Source of the DNA: Takakia lepidozioides
Taxonomy: Eukaryota; Plantae; Bryophyta
Length of the DNA stretch: 64,000 nt
Direction of reading: 5' to 3'
Assembly: GCA_030704615.1 (NCBI GenBank)
Contig: CM060733.1
Span: 33,728,001 to 33,792,000 of the forward strand
The position numbers and the translations under genes are program-made. How positions within the stretch are numbered: position 1 is the first letter of the stretch; each line of letters opens with the position of its first letter. Below are positions 1 to 11,864 of this stretch, piece after piece. Below the pieces are notes generated by a model. It was not told the origin of the DNA. It ran no database searches and was given only the letters and a program-made list of their open reading frames with translations.

Positions 1-2
1 AG

Positions 3-2096
3 GCAGGACAACTGAAAGAGGTGCTGCACATTCTGAATCAACGAGCCATTTGGGCGGAGTCCACTACTTACATCCCTCTCTTGCAGGAGTGCATTAAACT
101 GAAAGACCTAGCAGTGGGAAAGCAGGTGCACATCCATATTCTCAGAAGTGGATTGAAGCCCAGCATCTTTCTGTTGAACACCCTTGTCAACATGTATTCC
201 AAATGTGGGAGTGTGGTGGATGCACGCCAAGTGTTTGACAAAATGCCTGAACGAGATATGATTACCTGGAATATTATGATAGCAGGATATACTCAGCATG
301 GGTGTGGTAGGGAAGCTCTTGAGATATATAAGCAAATGCAAGAGGAAAGACTGGCACCCAACAAGGTCACATTCACTAGCATTCTCAATGCATGTGCTGG
401 CCTGGGAGCCCTGGAAATGGGCAAAGAGGTCCATGCAGACTTCATCAACGCCAGAATCGTGCTAGATGTGATTCTGGAGACTGCTCTTATGGACATGTAT
501 GCCAAATGCGGGAGCATGAAGGATGCACGCCAAGTGTTTGACAGTATGGCTATACGAAATATTGTCTCATGGAATGCAATGATTGCAGGATATGCTCAAC
601 ATGGGTGCAGAAGAGAGGCTTTTGAGATCTATGAGAAAATGCAACAGGAAGGGATGACACCCAACAGGGTCACATTCATATGTGTTCTGAATGCGTGTGC
701 CAGCCTAGGTGCTTTAGAGAAGGGCAAAGAGGTCCATGCTAACATCATAAAAGCTGGAATTGCTCCAAATTTGATCCTGGAAACTGCGCTCACCGACATG
801 TATGCCAAATGTGGGAGCATGACCGAGGCACGTCGAGTATTTGACAATATGGCTCATCAAGATGTGGTATCGTGGAATGTGATGATTGCAGGATATGGTC
901 AGCATGGGTGTGATAGGGAGGCTTTCCAGCTCTATAGCCAAATGACAAGCAAGGGGGTGCCTCCTGACAAGGTCACATTCATTTGTGCTCTGAATGTGTC
1001 TGCCAGCCTCAGAGCTCTGGATAAAGGCAAAGAGGTCCATGCTCAAATTAGCAAAAGTGGAATTGTGTCAGATATCATTCTGGGAAATACACTTGTTGGT
1101 ATGTATGCCAAATGTGGCAGCATAGATAGTGCACGACAAGTGTTTGATAGTATGGTTGAACAAGATGTGGTCTCATGGAATACAATGATCACAGGATATA
1201 CTCAGCATGGGTGTGGTAGGGAGGCTTTTGAGATCTATGAGCAAATGCAGCACAAAGGAGTGACAGCCAATAAGGTCACGTTTCTTTGTGTTCTAAGTGC
1301 ATGTGCCAGCCTAGGAGCCCTGAAAAAGGGCAAGCAGATACATGCTGACATCAGCAAAAGTCAAATTGCGGCAGATATCATCCTGGAGAACACCCTTCTT
1401 GACATGTATGCCAAGTGTGGGAGCATGAAGGATGCACGGCAAGTGTATGACAAAATGGCTCAACAAAATGTGGTATCAGGGAATGCCATGATTGCAGGAT
1501 ATGCTCAGCATGGGTATGGTAGGGAGGCCCTGCAACTATTTGAACAGTTGCAAGCGGAAGGCTTGAAGCCGGATAGTATCTCCTTTGTATCCGTTCTCTG
1601 TGCATGTAGCCATGCAGGCCTAGTGGACGAAGGCCATTACTACTTCGATTCCATGAGTCGAGATTATGGGATCAGTCCTACTTTGGAGCATTTTGGCTGC
1701 ATGGTGGACCTTCTTGGTCGTGCAGGACGATTAGATGAAGCAGAGGACTTTGTTAACAATATGCCAATGACACCAAGTGCTTCTGTGTGGGGAGCCTTGC
1801 TGGGTGCCTGCAAAATTCATGACGATGTGGAGGTAGCTGGACGGGCAGCAAAATGCCTTCTCAAGAGTGATCCACAAAATGCTGGGAGTTATGTCCTGCT
1901 TTCGAACAATTATGCTGCAGCTGGCAGGTGGGACAAAAAAGCGAATGTTAGGAAAACGGAGGACAGAGGTCCGAGAAAGGAGCCAGGAAGCAGCTGTATT
2001 GAGGTCGACAATCAAGTGCATACTCTTGTTGTAGAACATCAATTGCATCCCCGAACTCAGGCAATCCATGCTGAGCTAAAAAGAATGTGTGGATGA
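3..2096 (+). CDS. PLS-class PPR protein (PPR1), 5'-partial; P-L-S array plus E1/E2 and PG box, ending before the DYW catalytic core (E+-like)
   Basis: Frame open from nt 3 (AGQLKEVLHIL). Regular P/L/S triplets (MYAKCGS..ARQVFD; WNAMIAGYAQHG), S2 motif EHFGCMVDLLGRAG, E motifs WGALLGAC and YVLLSN, then KEPGSSCIEV..HPRTQAIHAELKRMCG-stop. Confidence 0.92.
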   Translation, partial: AGQLKEVLHILNQRAIWAESTTYIPLLQECIKLKDLAVGKQVHIHILRSGLKPSIFLLNTLVNMYSKCGSVVDARQVFDKMPERDMITWNIMIAGYTQHGCGREALEIYKQMQEERLAPNKVTFTSILNACAGLGALEMGKEVHADFINARIVLDVILETALMDMYAKCGSMKDARQVFDSMAIRNIVSWNAMIAGYAQHGCRREAFEIYEKMQQEGMTPNRVTFICVLNACASLGALEKGKEVHANIIKAGIAPNLILETALTDMYAKCGSMTEARRVFDNMAHQDVVSWNVMIAGYGQHGCDREAFQLYSQMTSKGVPPDKVTFICALNVSASLRALDKGKEVHAQISKSGIVSDIILGNTLVGMYAKCGSIDSARQVFDSMVEQDVVSWNTMITGYTQHGCGREAFEIYEQMQHKGVTANKVTFLCVLSACASLGALKKGKQIHADISKSQIAADIILENTLLDMYAKCGSMKDARQVYDKMAQQNVVSGNAMIAGYAQHGYGREALQLFEQLQAEGLKPDSISFVSVLCACSHAGLVDEGHYYFDSMSRDYGISPTLEHFGCMVDLLGRAGRLDEAEDFVNNMPMTPSASVWGALLGACKIHDDVEVAGRAAKCLLKSDPQNAGSYVLLSNNYAAAGRWDKKANVRKTEDRGPRKEPGSSCIEVDNQVHTLVVEHQLHPRTQAIHAELKRMCG

Positions 2097-2199
2097 GATT
2101 GGGGGGGAGATCACCATCTGCAGGTCCATGAGGTTGCAAGGAGTCCGTAGCTGGCACCGCCGTTGCTTTGTCTATTGAATCTTCTCTTTTCACTCAACT

Positions 2200-2335
2200 C
2201 AATGGCCACAAGGCTACGGCAAACAACGTCTTACGAGTACATTTTTTTCACTTAACTCTTTGGCACTAGACTGAAAGTTAAACTCGGGGCAGGAAGCCTA
2301 CCTTTAAACGATAAACAGATGCAGGGAGGATTGTA
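2200..2335. repeat. Dispersed repeat, copy A (homologous to 9420-9645)
   Basis: Shared blocks cacaaggcta.ggcaa.caacgtctta.gagtac and ctagactgaaa.ttaaactc.gggc.g.aa.gcctaccttt.aac...aaacaga.gcag.gagga. Confidence 0.75.
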
Positions 2336-3744
2336 ATTGCCCAATGCGCGGGCAACCTGAAGACTATATCCATTTTCGGATAGGTTGTCTGGGATATTCT
2401 CACCAGAGAGTGACCCTCTTCAATCAAGAACATTGTGTCGACACCTCTGGTCACCAACTTTCAAAATGTTGAGGCTGTCTACAGCCCTGGCCCTGGTGGA
2501 GTCTCACTTTTGGGCTGCTCACACACAGCAGATTGATGCTTGTGTGAAGGGCTTCCTAGAGGATATCTGGAAAGCCCGAACTAATGGTTTGTATCAAGGT
2601 AATACTACCGGAGTGAGCCCCTCACGAAGATAGTTTCTGGTCCCTTTCGTTCCGCCCAAATTGGGCATGGGGTCTATGACGTCAAACACTCTTAGGAGAA
2701 TTTTTTTTTCACTTAGCAATTGGTTTATCTGTCCGAATGCATCCAAGACCATTGGAAGCATGGCATACAATGTCAAATGTCTCTCCACAAACTGTCACTG
2801 AGATGAAATCATTTCCATCAATTTCATGTAGCTGCCTGTATATGGATGATCACAATCAAGTATCAACATTGAAAATCAACAGTGAGATCATTGGGACCCC
2901 TTCTGCAGGGTACTTGTCGCCACTAGAGACATTGTGCATTGGGGGAATCCGTTAAGTCCTCTGATTTTTTTAATTTAATTTTAAGTTTTTTTTTATTGTC
3001 AACTCATCCTATTCCTGCTCGAACCACATTTCAGAACTCTGGCGTCAAAATTTGATACTTCAAAATTATGAGATGCAAAATCTCAATAGCTGCTTGGACT
3101 GCAAAATCCCCAGAAAACTATCGAAATGCGAAATAATACATCCATATTTTGAAGTCTTCTCATTGTAACATAAGAAAACTTTCTTGTCTAGGCCCTTGCA
3201 ACAGGAGCCATTGAATCTGTCAATTTGACAGTACAAAGACGGGAGTTCATGATGCAAGCTTTAGACAAAGCAAAGGAAAGGTAAGGTGAGGAACTTTGTG
3301 ACCTCCAAAGGAAACTCAAAGAACTTGTGAGACAGAAGAAAATATGATACAAGTAGGAGGTTGGGGCCCTCATTGAGCAGCAAAATACATCATTCAAGGT
3401 TCAACATCAAGAGATTCTGCATGGTGTAGTATACAGCCTCATGTAGATATGCTGCCAGACATTTCTACAGGGGAGAGGGACAAACAAGAGGTGGGAAGAT
3501 GGTGAGTTAGAAAGACCCACAGCTGTTGAGCATGGACTGGGAAGAAATGGCGTAGAGGCAAGAGCAGGAGAGAGAGAGAGAGAGATGAGTCAGTGTGGTT
3601 GGGACCAACAAGGCAGGTTTTCAAGCTGCTACAGGTTGCAAACTGGATGTAGTTCCGAGACTTAAATGAGGACTCTCATTGAATGACAATGTAATAATGG
3701 CTTACCGGTGTCAAAACCTGAAGGATCAGAGAGGAAGATTCTGC

Positions 3745-6700
3745 CTAGACATCAGAGACATAACCAGAGGGCTTCAACCATTGGGAGAAATTGAAGCCAT
3801 CTGCTATTAACTTCTGAGTAGGTGGACTAACCTTTTCAAGAATCTGCATCAAACAAGAAGGAAAATGCTTAGTCCCAAGAAAACCTGACAATACTTAATG
3901 CCGGCTGGCCAGCACTTGACATTTATATATGACATCAAAGGCTGCCCAGACACAGTCAATCTTTCTCTCTCACATACACATGATGACGCCATGATAGCAT
4001 GAAGCATTGGAAACTTGCCTTATCATGTAGGATCCCATTGCTGACAAGAACTGATCTATCAAACACACTGAAATCACCACCGTCCATCCGAGTCACCTTT
4101 CCTCCTGCCTCCTCCACAATCTTCACATGCAGGACCACACTTTCAGTACACGCAATCACAGAGAGCGAGACACCTGACACCCTACAACCAATATGAGCTC
4201 CACTTTAAGAGTGGCTTGTGCAACCACTCTTACAATTCCACTGTAAAAGTTCCTCAAAAGAACAGATGAGAGGAGATAATTTAATTGCAGGTAGACAAAT
4301 AGACAGAGCTTGTACCAGGACACCTGCAGCCATATCCCAAGGTTTAAGGCGATACTCCCAGTAGGCCTCCACCACTCCAAGAGCCACATGACACAAGTCT
4401 ACTGCTGCAGCTCCCAGACGCCTTACTCCCTGCCCATTCACATTTAGTGATTCATTTTGCTGTCTTACAAGCAGAGCATTCCACAAGATGGAACCTTTTG
4501 GAGAGACACATGGATATTATGAGGCTGAATTTTAGCTCCCATCCTTGAGGCTTTATTAATTTGGCAAAGTATTAATGTAGGTAGCACATGTACAGGCCGC
4601 TAGACATGGAGTACAGTTATCAGCTTTTTTACATAAATGTTCTCAAGCATTCCACAATTCTACAGGCTTTCTACCAGCTGAGGAACTTCAATCTAAGAAG
4701 TTTAAACCTGGCCCCCTACCTTTCCCCTCTCACACAGACACACAAACCACCAAGATACAAATGGAAGAGTCACTTACCCGGCTGATATCAGTGAATTCTT
4801 TAAACAAGGCAATGTTGGTAGCCCAGGCCTCATCGTGTTCATATCCAAACCCCGTCACTAGCAGTGATCTCTCCACCTATAGAAAAACCCATCATTCCAG
4901 GAAAAACTTTCACTCATTAACAGTAAGAGTGGGAACAAATTGAGGAGATTCTAATCCAATGGAAGTTAGTAAATACTTTTAAGTTTTTAGTCTCAATTTC
5001 CCTGAGGAAAGGTACCTGGTCAGTGCTACTGACATGAATTCGCTGACCATTGCAAAATGCTCCCCCCCCTGCCAATGGACACTTCTTAGTACTCACCTGT
5101 ACTCACTCACAATACATCAACGAGAGCCTGGAGACGAGTACATCGCACACCAGTGTGAAAAAGAGGAGGACTCAAAACCCTACTTGAGAGTTACATATTG
5201 ATGACAACAGTGAGTCCTGGCAGCAGAGCATGAAGAGGAAGGCAGAAGAAGAGGGCTGACTAGTGGGGAACTAGTGGCAGTTGCCTGCAGATGCTGTGAA
5301 TGTTCGCGTTACCCACGCAAAGGGACCCCCTGCAAATTCCACCTGTTCTTGCCAACCATGACGACTGCATTAGCTCCTCTCCGTGTGGACGTTATAAACT
5401 CTCTCCCTCTCTCTCTCTCCCTCCCTCCGCACTTGGGCTCGGGTTGGTTCCTGTGCTTAAACTTATAGCCTGCGAGAACAATAAAAAATTTAGCTCCTAT
5501 CAACATCAACACTCCTCAGGGTGATCCCTGGGAATTGGTTACTTATGCCAAATCTAGGGCTTCATGTGTAGTTTTTGGGGTGAATCCCAGGATGGACGAT
5601 GTGTCCTTTAAAACTACATGCTCTAGCTTAGGCTTGGATTTCATGGCTAATGGTACCATCTCGAGACTTGATAACAGGGGTACGTTGAAGGTTGCAATGA
5701 CCAAAAGTGCTTCTAATAGAGTCCCGCATCAATTCAATCTCAAAGAAGTTCGTCCCTTGACTGGCTGGAGAGCGGTCTTAGACATTGGTGATTCAATGGG
5801 GCGCTCTAGGAAGACGACCAAGGGCAACGACTTCAACTTGAGAGTTTCTAATCGGTTTGATGCTCTGGATGAGGTTGAATCCAAACAGCCAGAAGGACAA
5901 GATGCCCCTAAATGTACGGAACCTGAACGTCCTGAATCTGAAGGATTTGGTACTCTGAATGGTTTACCAATCCTCAAGGTTTACACAAGACGAACAAATT
6001 CTATACACGGGGTAATTGTCCCCAAGCCGTCAGATGGACAATCTGTCCCTAAGTGTGCAGAGCCTGAACGTCGTGTAACTGAAGGATTTGGTACTCTAAA
6101 TGGTTTACCAATCCTCTAAGTCTACACAAGACGAGCAAAATCTATACACGGGGTAATTGTCCCCAAGCAGTCTGACGGACAATCTGCCCCTATGTGTGTG
6201 GAGCCTGTGCGTCGTGTAACTGAAAGATTTGGTACCCTGAATGGTTTACCAATTCTCAAAGTTTACACAAGACGAGCAAAATCTACACATGGGGTAACTG
6301 TCCCCCCTTTGCAGAACGGTTGGCCGTCCAGGAGCAATCACAAGCTACCTAGACGACAAACAATACACATGCAAAGGGCTGGCTTGCGGCTGGCCACTTT
6401 CAACTTCTCAGGGTTGACCAACCAAAGGAAACAACTCGAAGTGGGACAAGTTCTTCGGACTAATGATATTCATATCTGTACTGGGCAAGAAACATGGGAA
6501 ACGTCGGATAAACTGGTTGGAGATGTCAATGGTTATAAATGGGCAGGTAAGATGTGTACTCTCAAGGCAGCCTCTGCCAAACGCGGTCAAAAAGGGGTTG
6601 GATTCTTTGTCTGTGATTTCTTGTTTGACAATTGTGAAATTATCAACAAGGGTTTGAGGTACGAGCATAGTATCTGGCTAAAACTGAATCTGAAGGGCGG

Positions 6701-9471
6701 CATGAGTACAAAGGACCTCTTTGTTGGTTGTGTTTACATGCCCACAGAGGGGACCCTTAGTGCTGACGCAGACAAGGCCTTCGAAGATGTAAAGCTGGAC
6801 TGTGCTTCGTTCCTTGCCAAAGGTCAGGTGGTACTATTGGGGGACTTCAATGCCCGGGTGGGCAAAGGGATCCATCAGGACGATATCATTGGACCTTTTG
6901 GTGAGGACGAGCTGAATTCTAATGGCAGACGGTTAATTAACTGTCTAGAAGAGCTTCAGCTTTTGACCTTGAATAACAGGACAAGAGGTGACCAAGTGCA
7001 GTGGACTCGTGAGAAATCCCAAACTGGGGAACATTCCATTGTGGACTATATCATAATGGACAAAATTTTGTTCCCCCAGTGTGCCAATGTGTTGATCGAC
7101 AGAACTGATATTGGTACCTCTGACCACTTCTTGGTTTGGACTGAGATCAAAAGGTGTTTTCCCACCACCAAGAGACCTGTGAAACGTTCGATTCGGAAGT
7201 GGCGCATAGAAAAATTCCACAATGAGGAGGTCAAGGCTGAGTACGTCCAGGCCTTGCATTTTGTCCAATCGCTCCAAGAACTTCAGTCACGCTCTGTTAA
7301 CGCAAGAAATGAAGTCGAAAGAGCAGTGGACTCTTGGGAGAGTTTTGTTTCCTCCGTGGCTGACAAGATCATTGGGAGGTTACTAATTGTCTGCGGTAGA
7401 GCAGTTAATTGGTGGACCAATGAGATTAAACTCAAGATAGCTGAGAGACGAGCCCTCTATAAAGAGTGCTGCAATTTGGAAACCAACAGAGAATTGTGGG
7501 CGAGGTACTACCAGCTCCGTAAAGATATCAATCAGCTTGTTAGGTCTCAGAAGAAATTATACTGGGACAAGTTATACAGTGAAATAAACTCAAACCACCA
7601 TGGTGGTAATGACAAGAAATTCTCGTTGGCCCTTCAACGTTTGTACAAGCCGAAAAACGGTCAGCAAGTACAAGCGCTGAAGACTACTAAAGGTGCAGTG
7701 GTGACTTCATCGGTTGACATTGTCAAAACCTTTGAAACTCACTACAGTATCCTTGGCAGAACTTCTAGGTCTAACAGTGAGGGGTCTTCTGCTGGATGGA
7801 GGGACACAGTTGGAAAAACTGTTCCTATGATTCAAAACAGCCCTGATGAACTGAGTATATTTCAATGGCTTATAATGCTTCCATTAGTTCTTCTGAGATT
7901 GTGGAAGCAATTGAACATTTAAATGGATATAAAGCTGGTGGACCTGATGGTATTGTCAACGAGCTTATCAAGCACGGTGGCGATCCATGATAGAGGCCCT
8001 AGTTCTCCTCTTTAACCTTATCTGGAAGACTGAAATGATCCCCTTTCGCTGGCGACAGGGGGTCATTGTCAATCTATACAAGAAGGGTGACAGAGAAGAA
8101 CCGGGGAACTACCGTGGCATCACGCTCCTCAATGCTGTTGGCAAGACATTCTGCAGAGTTATAAGTACTCGTCTCGAGGTTGATCTGGAGTCTAGAGGTT
8201 GTTTCCACGAAGGCCAAGCTGGCTTTCGGCGAAACAGGGGCTGTGTGGATCATATCTTCACTCTAAGCCAGATTATCCAGGGAAGGAAAAAAGAAGGGAA
8301 ACCCACTTATGTTTTTTTCCTGGATGTCAAAAAGGCTTATGACACAGTGTGGAGAGATGGCCTATGGTTCCGCCTCTGGTCTTGTGGGATCAAGGGAAAG
8401 ATGTGGAGAGTTGTCCACAACTTGTATGCTCACACCAAAAGCTGTGTCACTGTTAACGGACAGAAGTCCAACTTCTTTGACATAGACCAAGGTGTAGCTC
8501 AAGGATGTACTCTCTCCCCTCTGCTCTTCAATGTTTTCATCAATCAACTCCTCAAGGATGTGGAAAGTGAGGGATTTGGGTTAAGGGTGGGTGATACCAC
8601 CATACCAGCCCTTATGTTTGCGGATGACTTCGCAGGCATAGGGGAGACTCCAACCAATCTCCAGGAGTTGATTGATTGCGCGAAGAGATACTTTGATCTT
8701 TGGGGGCTAGAGGCTAATGTCAGCAAATGTGCAGTGGTAGCATTCAACGACAGAGGAGAGGGAGGAAGTGATCTTAAGTGGCAGTACAGCACCATAAAAC
8801 CCATGGAGGTAAGGAATTAGACATTAGAAAACTTCAGGAGGAACTGTAACCATAGGCATCAGCGGATAGCACAGCAGATCCAGAACAAGAAGTTTGCAAA
8901 AATTAGAAGAACTTACCACAGTGGCTACAGCAGGCCTCCCTCGATGAAGCACAGCTATAGAGACAGCAAAGCTTGGGTACCCATGAGCAAAATTTGTTGT
9001 TCCATCTGCACTAGCAGCAAAACCTTGAATGAGGTCCATTAAGTATTTGACAACTAAGAATCAACACAATGGGGATCAACATAAACGAAGGCATTTTACA
9101 AACAGGCCTATCCAGGCTATGATTCTAGCAGGTTTGTGTCCAAAGCCGAGACTACATGCTAATTCAGGAAGGAAACCTGGAGTCCAAATTGAGTCTAGGG
9201 TGCAGGACCCAACATAGAGCAGACATAGAAGGCCAGACCAAGGATACCAACATGCCTACGATCCAAGTGGTGGTAGTGAGATGAGGAGAGGTGGACCAAA
9301 GAGGTTCCAGGAATTGGAAGAGATACCAGACAAAAAGCCAGGGATCAGGGAACCAACATATCCACAAAATCTCATGCCTGATCTCCCTCCGTCTCTTCAC
9401 TCTCTTTCTCTCTTTGGGTGTATGGCACAAGGCTAGGCAACCAACGTCTTATGAGTACCATACGAGTACAT

Positions 9472-9502
<31 letters not shown>

Positions 9503-10955
9503 AGTTATGAGTACTCTACGATTACATCCTATCTCTGAAGTTCCTTTCTTGATTTCTCTCTCTTACTCAAGCCCTAGACTGAAATTTAAACTCAGGGCGG
9601 AAACGCCTACCTTTGAACAGCAAACAGAAGCAGAGAGGAAAGGGAGAGTCCACCCCTCCCCCCCTGTTTAAACTCTTCAATAATAATAATAGGTGTTACA
9701 GCTTAGAAGAGTACCTAGAGGGTCTATGCACCAAAGATACTCAGATCTTGGATCCCCACTGACGCCACCTTCCTCTCCTAATATGAGATGCCCAGGAAAC
9801 CTCTCTCTCACAATCTCCAAAATTGCAAGCTCACACCTTCGATCTGTGCTGTATACAGCAAGTCCACACAGTTATGCTCCCCTGTACCCTCACTTGTTTC
9901 TAGGCCAGGTGGATAGTAGATGGCCAAGTTCCAAAAAACTACCAAGTTAGCATCAAGATCAACACAACAAGATAATACCCCTCCACTATACCAAAAGCAT
10001 TGTGACTCAAGCAAAATAAGGTAAGTGCAATCCGTCAGACAAAACAATAGAATGGCAATCCTTTCCTGAAAGATCTCCTGCAATAGTACATAGCTGAAAG
10101 AGTAGGTGGTTGACAGGGTAAGATTGATGACCTACAAGCTAAAAATGCATACATTAATATCCTCGTAAAAATGGTTTCGAAAAAACAGAAGTCAGGAAGG
10201 ATAGATTCCGGGGGGAAATTACTCTGTAACAAGGTCTGTCTTCCCTTTGTAGTCAATGTCACGTGGCTTGTCTACTGCAGCCATCACCACCTACATAGTG
10301 CAAAAGATAGGCGTATGCACACAAATCAGGTTGGTCACAATCTAGGGTTGAGTTATGGAGTGAAAACAAGTGCAGGCTCTCCCTCTCTCACTTTTCCCCC
10401 TCGACTGTCCATTTCTGATGATCTAAGTGGCAATTCTGCGGAGGACGTTGCATATATTGTGTTTGTGGGGCACAACAAACTGCTGAAAGAATAGACAACA
10501 AGAGTCACAGTTTCTTGAATACCCACATGTTTTCATCTCAGGAAACTTTCTCTGGGGGGTTTTCGTGGAGAAATTTGGACACTAACATTGGAATCGGTCA
10601 GAATGTGGGGCTGATGGAAATGCTTGCGAGTACCTACCTCCGCCCCCTTCTTGGCAGCCGCTTCCAAGCCTTCAAGAAGCTCCCTCACTGGTAATTTGTC
10701 AACATCCACAGCACCAATCTTTGCAGTGTTCTCCAGAGAAATTCCAGAGACCGTAGCTCTTGGGCACATGAATTGCCGACTGCCAGTGTATGTGACTAAA
10801 TTCCCCTTCAACCTTGGATTTGCCAAAGAAAGCGAAAAATGCGAGGGTAACAAAGGAAGCCTGCTACGCGAGGAGAGAGAGAAGCCCAGGCTAGAGTGCC
10901 ATGCAGCTCTACATAGCAACAGAGAGGACACGGTCCAGCCAGCTGAAGCAGCCAT
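3745..10955 (-). CDS. IMPL1: Myo-inositol monophosphatase-like 1, plastid-type; 10 coding exons: 10955-10638, 10290-10223, 9848-9715, 9005-8917, 5342-5285, 5068-5016, 4876-4778, 4429-4316, 4120-4019, 3843-3745
   Basis: Spliced translation gives [74 protein letters not shown]. Intron phases are all consistent; N-terminus is Ser/Leu/Arg-rich like a transit peptide. Confidence 0.93.
5469..8790 (+). mobile_element. Degenerate non-LTR retrotransposon (APE endonuclease + reverse transcriptase, RTE/RTEX-like) inside an IMPL1 intron, antisense to the host
   Basis: APE motifs [30 protein letters not shown] motifs [48 protein letters not shown]. One stop (6117-6119), frameshifts near 7850 and 7985, RT cut short at its 3' end. 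Confidence 0.93.
5880..6304 (+). repeat. 3 x 141-bp in-frame tandem repeat (47 aa) in the LINE N-terminal region
   Basis: gaa.gatttggtac recurs at 5940, 6081 and 6222; peptide (E/R)[17 protein letters not shown]-like in each unit. Confidence 0.92.
9420..9645. repeat. Dispersed repeat, copy B (in IMPL1 intron)
   Basis: Same blocks as 2200-2335, with an internal (CT)n tract. Confidence 0.75.
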
Positions 10956-11864
10956 CGCCTTCAAACTCTGATATCCACAACAGCCAGGTTCCAATTTGGA
11001 TTTGTTAAGTAAGATTCTTAGGCCTTGGAGGAGCAAGATGGGTGATGACAGGATTGGCTTTTACTGGCACAAGATTCTTGGTATCATCCCAACCTTCACA
11101 ATGTGGGTGTATAGGACTATTCCATACTGAGGATACAAATTGAGAGATTCCACACTGTAGCCCACATGTAGATTCTTCACATCACCACTGCATCATCTGT
11201 AAACATTCCATATACTTCTTATAAGAATCACTTCTCTGCAAGACCATGTATAGCACTACAGCTTAGTGCCGCTTTGCCAACCCTTCATTCCAGAGTGATG
11301 GGTGAAGTCTGATGCGAGAAATATTGTAAAGATGGTGTTTCTTGCAAGTATAAGTCATGGTTTCCCACTGTGAATTGGACAGCATAGCTTGAATATACAC
11401 ATCTCAGTAGTGTTGTTGTTCTATGCATCATCAAAATACAACTTGTCCTTGCACAACCCAAATGCTCTCATGCTTAACAAGTTACACATCATGGGTGACG
11501 CTTTTGCAGTAGGTGTCATGAAGGCGTATGTTGTATCCGCTCCAATTGCCAGAACAAGTGAGTGTGAATCTTTCTGGCCAAATCAATTGCACCACCATGA
11601 TACACATAAGCTGAAAAACTTCTAGCAAACCCCGTAATCCAAAGGTGACTAAATTTGCCATCTGGTGACATGGCAAATTCAAAGCAAATTTGATGTCCCC
11701 TGAACAGGGGATCACAGAACTTCCCATTCACTGCTAAGTTCATATAAAAAGAAAAATCCGAATTGTGCTATAACTACTCACTGCAAATGAATAGGGTATC
11801 TTTTCTCCTGTTCTCTCACTATGGGATATCCTCCAAGCTTTAAAAATGTGTAGAAAAAAAAATC

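Noticed and set aside
3190-3425. Coiled-coil-like pseudo-exon on the plus strand
   Set aside because: Several stops and no identifiable family.
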